Below are positions 59,101 through 64,000 of a DNA stretch of 64,000 bases, piece after piece. The notes under the pieces are model-generated. The model saw nothing but the letters and a program-made list of their open reading frames with translations. It had not been told where the DNA came from and ran no database searches. The translations under genes and the position numbers were made by a program. This DNA is from a bacterium. GTDB lineage: Bacteria > UBA8248. The stretch is taken from contig OZ253442.1 in assembly GCA_965261085.1 (NCBI GenBank), forward strand, positions 1,088,001 through 1,152,000, read 5' to 3'. The stretch's first letter is position 1. Every line of letters begins with the position of its first letter.

Positions 59101-60234
59101 TTATATGGTCAACACTTCGTCTCCAATATGATTGAGCCGCTCATATCCTTCGTGTGTCAATAAATAAGTTTCTCCCCAAAAAGAATTGCTCTTACGATCA
59201 GGCGTGAAAATACGCGGGTGGATAATTATCGCGGTTCCCGGAGTTAACACCATCTTATTATCGCCATTCAAGCGAGCTTCCACTAGATCAACGCCACAGA
59301 TATGCCCCACTGCAGATCTTAGTTCATAGCCACCCTTATTCACATGGGACTTCATGGCTGAAAAAACATCTGCAACAGTTCTCCCCGGATTCAGGCGCTC
59401 CAACCCTTTTTTTATGGCGTTACTGCTTAAGGTATTCAATTTGCTGAGGGCATGGTTAGGATAACCAACATTAACCCTACGCACCAATTGTGTCCAATAA
59501 CCTCCATAGCGTGGTGTAATTTCAAATTCTACGGTATCTCCGATTTCGATTAGTCGAGGCGACGGAACATGAAGCCCTCCCAACATATTTTTGTCACCAA
59601 GAGCAAATTTGCCACTAGTGATTAAGGTGAAACATTCTTCCGCCCCTCGGGCCCTAGCAAAATGTTCGATTTCAGCGACAATTTCTTGTTCACTAACCTT
59701 GGGGCGAATCATTTTTGCGACGGCTTCAAAACCGCCATCGGCCAATGCCGCTCCTTTGCGATAAATATCGGCTTCCTCCTCGCTACGTTGGAGGCGAACT
59801 TGTAAAATCCGTTCATGGACTTCCTCCCACTCAATCTGGGGAAGTTCTTTCTTGAAATGCATAAACCAGGCTGTTGGCAGCATTTCAAAGCTAACCCCGA
59901 CTCTTCCTACAACAACCCCGCGATCTTTCAGAAGATTAGCCACATCCGCCGCGAAATAGCTGCTGGCGCGACAATCGTTCACAAAAGACCTCTCAGCCGC
60001 AACTCGTCTCTGCGATTCACTACTTTCTATAAACAACACTGGTTCGGAATTGGGGAAGACGACAACAACCTGCCGATAATAAAATACGCGGTAATCAGTT
60101 AAATACCGCAAATCTCCATAAAAGCCGGGCCCGATACCCATGTCGCCTACAAGTATTATTGCTTTGAGGTCTTCTGTATTGAGTACCTGACGTACAGCTC
60201 TATATCTCGCTTCTTTTTCTGACGCTGAAAACAT
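59101..60234 (-). CDS. M24 (Xaa-Pro peptidase/creatinase fold) protein
   Basis: LRYLTDY, RSEEE, YGGYW, GHICGVD. Confidence 0.8.
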   Translation of the reverse strand: MFSASEKEARYRAVRQVLNTEDLKAIILVGDMGIGPGFYGDLRYLTDYRVFYYRQVVVVFPNSEPVLFIESSESQRRVAAERSFVNDCRASSYFAADVANLLKDRGVVVGRVGVSFEMLPTAWFMHFKKELPQIEWEEVHERILQVRLQRSEEEADIYRKGAALADGGFEAVAKMIRPKVSEQEIVAEIEHFARARGAEECFTLITSGKFALGDKNMLGGLHVPSPRLIEIGDTVEFEITPRYGGYWTQLVRRVNVGYPNHALSKLNTLSSNAIKKGLERLNPGRTVADVFSAMKSHVNKGGYELRSAVGHICGVDLVEARLNGDNKMVLTPGTAIIIHPRIFTPDRKSNSFWGETYLLTHEGYERLNHIGDEVLTI

Positions 60235-60474
60235 AATTTTCTTTCTCCTGAATTCCTTACTATCATATGCTTTCTTATCCCAAGAATCGAACGGGCCGAG
60301 GGTTTCCATTAAGAGAAAGTCGTGTCCTTGAACTTGTGCATCCTGACAGGAGCATCCAGTTTGTCCCCTAAGAACGACCACCGGGATTATCCCCCTCTTC
60401 TCGTCCCTGAGAGGGAAAAGCGGCTCTCGAAAGCGAGGCCGCCGATTTGCTTGGGGGTGCAGGCGCAGGGTCTG

Positions 60475-61090
60475 GAGATACGCTCAGATCTTGTGTATGG
60501 GCTGAATTGAAGAAGGCGGCGCATCCTGCTGAAATAGGGTTGTCAGAAGCCCGGTCATTCAGCACACAGGAGATGCGCCACCATGAGAGAAGATACGACG
60601 ATTCCCTTCAGGAATCCAGCCTTACGGGACGAGTTGAGCGAACTGTTGCGCGAAGGCGCGCAACGAATCATCCGCCGGGCCGTGGAAGCGGAGTTGGAGG
60701 CTTTTCTGGAAGGGTATGCGACCGATCATGACTCGCAAGGTCGACGCGCGGTAGTCCGCAACGGATACCTGCCGTCGCGGGAGGTGTTGACGGGGGTCGG
60801 CCCGGTGCGTGTCCAGGTTCCGCGGACACGGGACAGGTCGGGCGCGGGCCGGTGCTTCCGCTCGGAGCTTTTGCCGCCGTATTTGAAGAAGACGAGGCGT
60901 GTGGAGGCGGTGATTCTCTGATGTATCTGTAAGGGATATCGACGAATGACTTAGGTGAGGCGCTGAGAGCGCTGTTCGGCGAATCGGTGAGGGGATTGTC
61001 CCCGGCGAGCGTTGCGTGGCTCAAGTGCGGCTGGGAGCGCGAGTACGCGCAGTGGCCGAGCGCGACTGGGGAGGCGAGGTGTTCGTGTAT
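60475..61090 (+). mobile_element. IS256-family element, pseudogenised and truncated at the intron
   Basis: AVEAELEAFL, VRNGYLPSREVLTGVGPVRVQVPR; stop/frameshift near 60920. Confidence 0.88.
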
Positions 61091-63020
61091 GTGCGCCAGG
61101 CTAACTGGCGGAAGGGCAGCCGGTGGAAGTCCGGCAGGATGGAAAGGCCAACCACCCCCTCCACCGCGAGCCGTGCGTCGTCACCCGCGAGGGTGTCGGC
61201 GAAGCGTCGGTAGCGGCGCGTGCGTGCGGGGCGATTGAGCACCGAAAGCACTCTACAACTGGAGCGCCGAGACTCTATACACGGTCGAAGGCAGCACTCC
61301 GCGGGCCGCCATGGTGAGGACCGCGGAGGCTCCACGGTGTCGAAGAACCCATGCACGCACGTACGCCCTCCACCGGGACCTGGGAGGTCTCCATGTCACC
61401 CCGCCGTCGTGGCGGGGTCGCTGAGGGAAGGAGGAATCCGTAGCCGATGACGAACGGCATGGAGAAGTCAGACCCGGCCGTAGTAGCCGAGAAGCCGACG
61501 AACAAGGGGACGCGAGTCCCGGCGGAGTCGGTGGAGTCAAGGGCCGGGCCCGAGGGGAATCCGGGAAGCCAAAGCACGCGCCGGACACAGGGCCGGGAGA
61601 GCGTGTCACAGGCGGCTGAGCGGATACGGCAATTCGTTCGACGGGAACCACGGGAACGTTTGACGGCGCTTCTCCACCACGTCACGCTCGATGCGCTGCG
61701 CTGGGCGTTCTTCGAGTTGAAGAGAAATGTTGCGGCAGGCGCGGACGGGGTGACGTGGCGGATGTACGCGGAAGGGCTGGAAGGCCGACTGGCCGACCTG
61801 CACGAGCGCGTGCAATCGGGGGCGTACCGGGCGACGCCGTCACGGCGGGTGAACATCCCCAAGCCCGACGGCGGGACACGACCGCTCGGCGTCGCGGCCA
61901 TCGAGGACAAGATAGTCCAGAAGGCCGTGACGGAGACAATCCTGACGCCGATATACGAGGCGGAGTTCCTGGGGTTCAGCTACGGGTTCCGGCCCGGGCG
62001 CGGGGCGCATGATGCGCTCGACGCGCTCGCAGTCGGGATAACACGGCGCAAAATCGACTGGGTGGTGGACATTGACATCCGCGCATTCTTCGACACGGTG
62101 TCGAGGGAGTGGCTGGTGCGCTTCTGTAAGCACCGCATCGGGGACAAGCGGGTCATCAGGCTCATCATCAAGTGGTTGAGGGCCGGTGTCATGGAGGCTG
62201 GAGAGTGGCGGGACGACCTGCGGGGAACGCCGCAAGGCTCGGTGGCATCACCGATTCTGGCGAACGTCTACCTGCACTACGTCCTCGACCTGTGGCTCCA
62301 GAAGAAGTGGCGCAGCCGCGAGGCCAAAGGCGACGCAATCATCGTTCGCTACGCCGACGACTTCGTGGTGGGATTTCAGCACAAGGAGGACGCGGAGCGG
62401 TTCCTGAGCGCCGTGAAGGAGCGGTTCGGAAGCTTCGGACTGGAGATACATCCCGACAAGACCCGGCTTATTGAGTTCGGGCGGTTTGCCATGGAGAATC
62501 GACGGCAGCGTGGTCAAGGTAGACCGGAGACCTTCGACTTCCTGGGTTTCACGCACTACTGCGCGAAAACTAGAGAAGGAGGGCGATTCCTGTTGGGGCG
62601 CAAGCCGGTCGCGAAACGGATGAGGCGCACCCTGAAGCGGATAAAAGAAGAGATACGCAGACGCATGCACCACAACATCAAGGATACGGCGAGATGGCTG
62701 GGCAGAGTGGTCGACGGATGGCTGAACTATTTTGCCGTCCCGACCAGCTTTCGGTATCTCCGGCAATTCGTCGCACGACTCATGCGGCTGTGGCTCCGCG
62801 CCCTGCGACGAAGGTCGCAAAAGGACCGCTATACGTGGGCAAGACTTGCAAAACTGGCCAGGACGTACTGGCCGAAGCTGAACGTCCGACACCCGTGGCC
62901 GAGCCAACGATTTACCGTCAGCGCTTTGAGGGGCGCAACCCAAGGGAGGAGCCGGATGCCTTAGCGGGCACGTCCGGATCTGTGCGGGGGGCGCCGGGTA
63001 ACCGGCGTTCCTACCGCGAT
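61091..63020 (+). ncRNA. Group II intron (bacterial IIB-like, possibly class E)
   Basis: 5' GTGCG; domain V GAGCCGGATGC...CACGTCCGGATC; domain VI with bulged A, ending AT; EBS1 ATACACG (61277-61283) complementary to exon CGTGTAT. Confidence 0.92.
61447..62964 (+). CDS. ltrA: Group II intron reverse transcriptase/maturase (no endonuclease domain)
   Basis: IPKPDG.RPLG, SYGFRPGR, GTPQG..SPILAN, RYADD, FDFLGF, GWLNYF. Confidence 0.96.
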   Translation: MTNGMEKSDPAVVAEKPTNKGTRVPAESVESRAGPEGNPGSQSTRRTQGRESVSQAAERIRQFVRREPRERLTALLHHVTLDALRWAFFELKRNVAAGADGVTWRMYAEGLEGRLADLHERVQSGAYRATPSRRVNIPKPDGGTRPLGVAAIEDKIVQKAVTETILTPIYEAEFLGFSYGFRPGRGAHDALDALAVGITRRKIDWVVDIDIRAFFDTVSREWLVRFCKHRIGDKRVIRLIIKWLRAGVMEAGEWRDDLRGTPQGSVASPILANVYLHYVLDLWLQKKWRSREAKGDAIIVRYADDFVVGFQHKEDAERFLSAVKERFGSFGLEIHPDKTRLIEFGRFAMENRRQRGQGRPETFDFLGFTHYCAKTREGGRFLLGRKPVAKRMRRTLKRIKEEIRRRMHHNIKDTARWLGRVVDGWLNYFAVPTSFRYLRQFVARLMRLWLRALRRRSQKDRYTWARLAKLARTYWPKLNVRHPWPSQRFTVSALRGATQGRSRMP

Positions 63021-63246
63021 TGCCTCCTCGGTTGGACGCCGGCGCTCACCGGCACGGTTTCGTGGTTCCTCTGCCGAGGATGCACCCCTCTTAATTTTCC
63101 AGCAAGTTTAGGACTTTACCGAAGCCGGGCTTGGTCATGTATGGATACGAGTTGGCTTTCTCTTCCAATTCCTTCCAAGACTTTGGATCCATCTTGCCGC
63201 TTGGCCTATTGCAGGTTATATTACTGGTAATATGAGGAGGTCAATC

Positions 63247-63549
63247 ATGAGTGATATATCCCAGAGACGTGCGACAAAAAAATATCGAAGTCGTTTGACT
63301 GAACGCGGCATGGCCCGCTTTGAGGTCCTCGGGCGCGACACCGACCGAGAGCTTATCCGCTCGTTGGCCAGACGTTTAGCTGAGGACTGTCCGGAAGCCG
63401 ATCGTCTGAGGACCGTCGTCAGCCAAGGCGTCGCCGGCAAACCACCACGGAAAGGCGGAGTCCTTGAAGCACTACGCCGCTCGCCGCTCGTCGGCGCCGA
63501 AGCTATTGCATCCCGTCCATTCGAGTCCGGTCGCAAGGTTGATCTGTGA
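63247..63549 (+). CDS. Putative antitoxin partner of the PIN toxin
   Basis: GMARFEV..DRELIRSLA; overlaps the toxin start (GTGA). Confidence 0.7.
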   Translation: MSDISQRRATKKYRSRLTERGMARFEVLGRDTDRELIRSLARRLAEDCPEADRLRTVVSQGVAGKPPRKGGVLEALRRSPLVGAEAIASRPFESGRKVDL

Positions 63550-63980
63550 GCCGGTATCTTCTTGACACCAATATCATCAGTAGTGTCACGAAGCCCGTGC
63601 CATCGGAGTCTCTACTGGCATGGATGGCCGATCAGGCTGACGAAAACCTCTTCATTTCCGCGCTTACTATCGCCGAGGTTCGACGCGGCGTGCTGGAGAA
63701 GCCTGCCGGTCGCAAACGTGATCAACTTGAAGCGTGGTTCGCGGGTCCGGAAGGTCCATCAGCTCTTTTCGCCGGTCGCGTCCTCCCCTTCGACGAGAAG
63801 GCCGGTCTCGTATGGGCAAGACTTATGGCGGAAGGCAAGGCGCAAGGCCGTTCCCGCAGCGCGCTCGACACGATCATCGCGGCGATCGCGGAAGCCAATG
63901 AATGTATCGTCGTGACCGACAATGAAAGGGACTTCATCGGCGTCGAGACGTTCAACCCGCTTCGAAACGCGGCGCGATGA
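63546..63980 (+). CDS. vapC: VapC/PIN-domain toxin
   Basis: YLLDTNIIS, TIAEVRRG, DTIIAAIA, VVTDNERDF. Confidence 0.92.
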   Translation: MSRYLLDTNIISSVTKPVPSESLLAWMADQADENLFISALTIAEVRRGVLEKPAGRKRDQLEAWFAGPEGPSALFAGRVLPFDEKAGLVWARLMAEGKAQGRSRSALDTIIAAIAEANECIVVTDNERDFIGVETFNPLRNAAR

Positions 63981-64000
63981 AAAAGCGAGTGCTCAGCGTT

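Noticed and set aside
60900-60930. TGA in the IS256 transposase as selenocysteine
   Set aside because: Not at a Cys position and accompanied by frameshifts
61447-62964. RT as a retron, DGR or defence RT
   Set aside because: Clear group II intron ends, domains V/VI, maturase region and EBS/IBS pairing; no TR/VR or msr-msd seen

Overview
The window has three parts. (1) 1-3.8 kb is host chromosome. It has two MBL-fold genes, a VOC/methylmalonyl-CoA-epimerase-like gene and a hidden two-gene operon (OsmC-like plus DUF442/rhodanese-like). Both of those genes have an in-frame TGA at the catalytic-Cys position followed by a SECIS-like hairpin, so they are probable tandem selenoproteins that the ORF track splits. 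(2) From about 3.9 kb lies a GC-rich ICE-like backbone: tandem tyrosine integrases, ParB, GHKL ATPase, DUF2958, strawberry-notch methylase/helicase, ssb, Toprim primase, DUF4326, DUF2493 and an RHH protein. Its ssb gene is split by a nested 31-kb element (about 17971-48969) bounded by a 13-bp direct repeat, ACATGTTCGAGAA. The nested element has its own integrase, a MOBF relaxase, a coupling-protein remnant with no ATPase, and an inverted paralogous copy of the outer ssb/DUF4326/DUF2493 module whose intact ssb has a diverged target site. It also carries HigBA, an IS1595 with passenger genes, SIR2- and nuclease-type defence candidates, an ankyrin protein, many integrase scars and one solitary type I-E CRISPR repeat. 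(3) 53.9-64 kb holds lower-GC cargo (tctABC-like genes, an atypical DRE-TIM enzyme, an atypical M24 protein), a dead IS256 carrying a group II intron, and a VapBC-like pair. No tRNA, rRNA, cas genes or T4SS genes were seen. Family calls come from motif recognition by eye, not from database searches.
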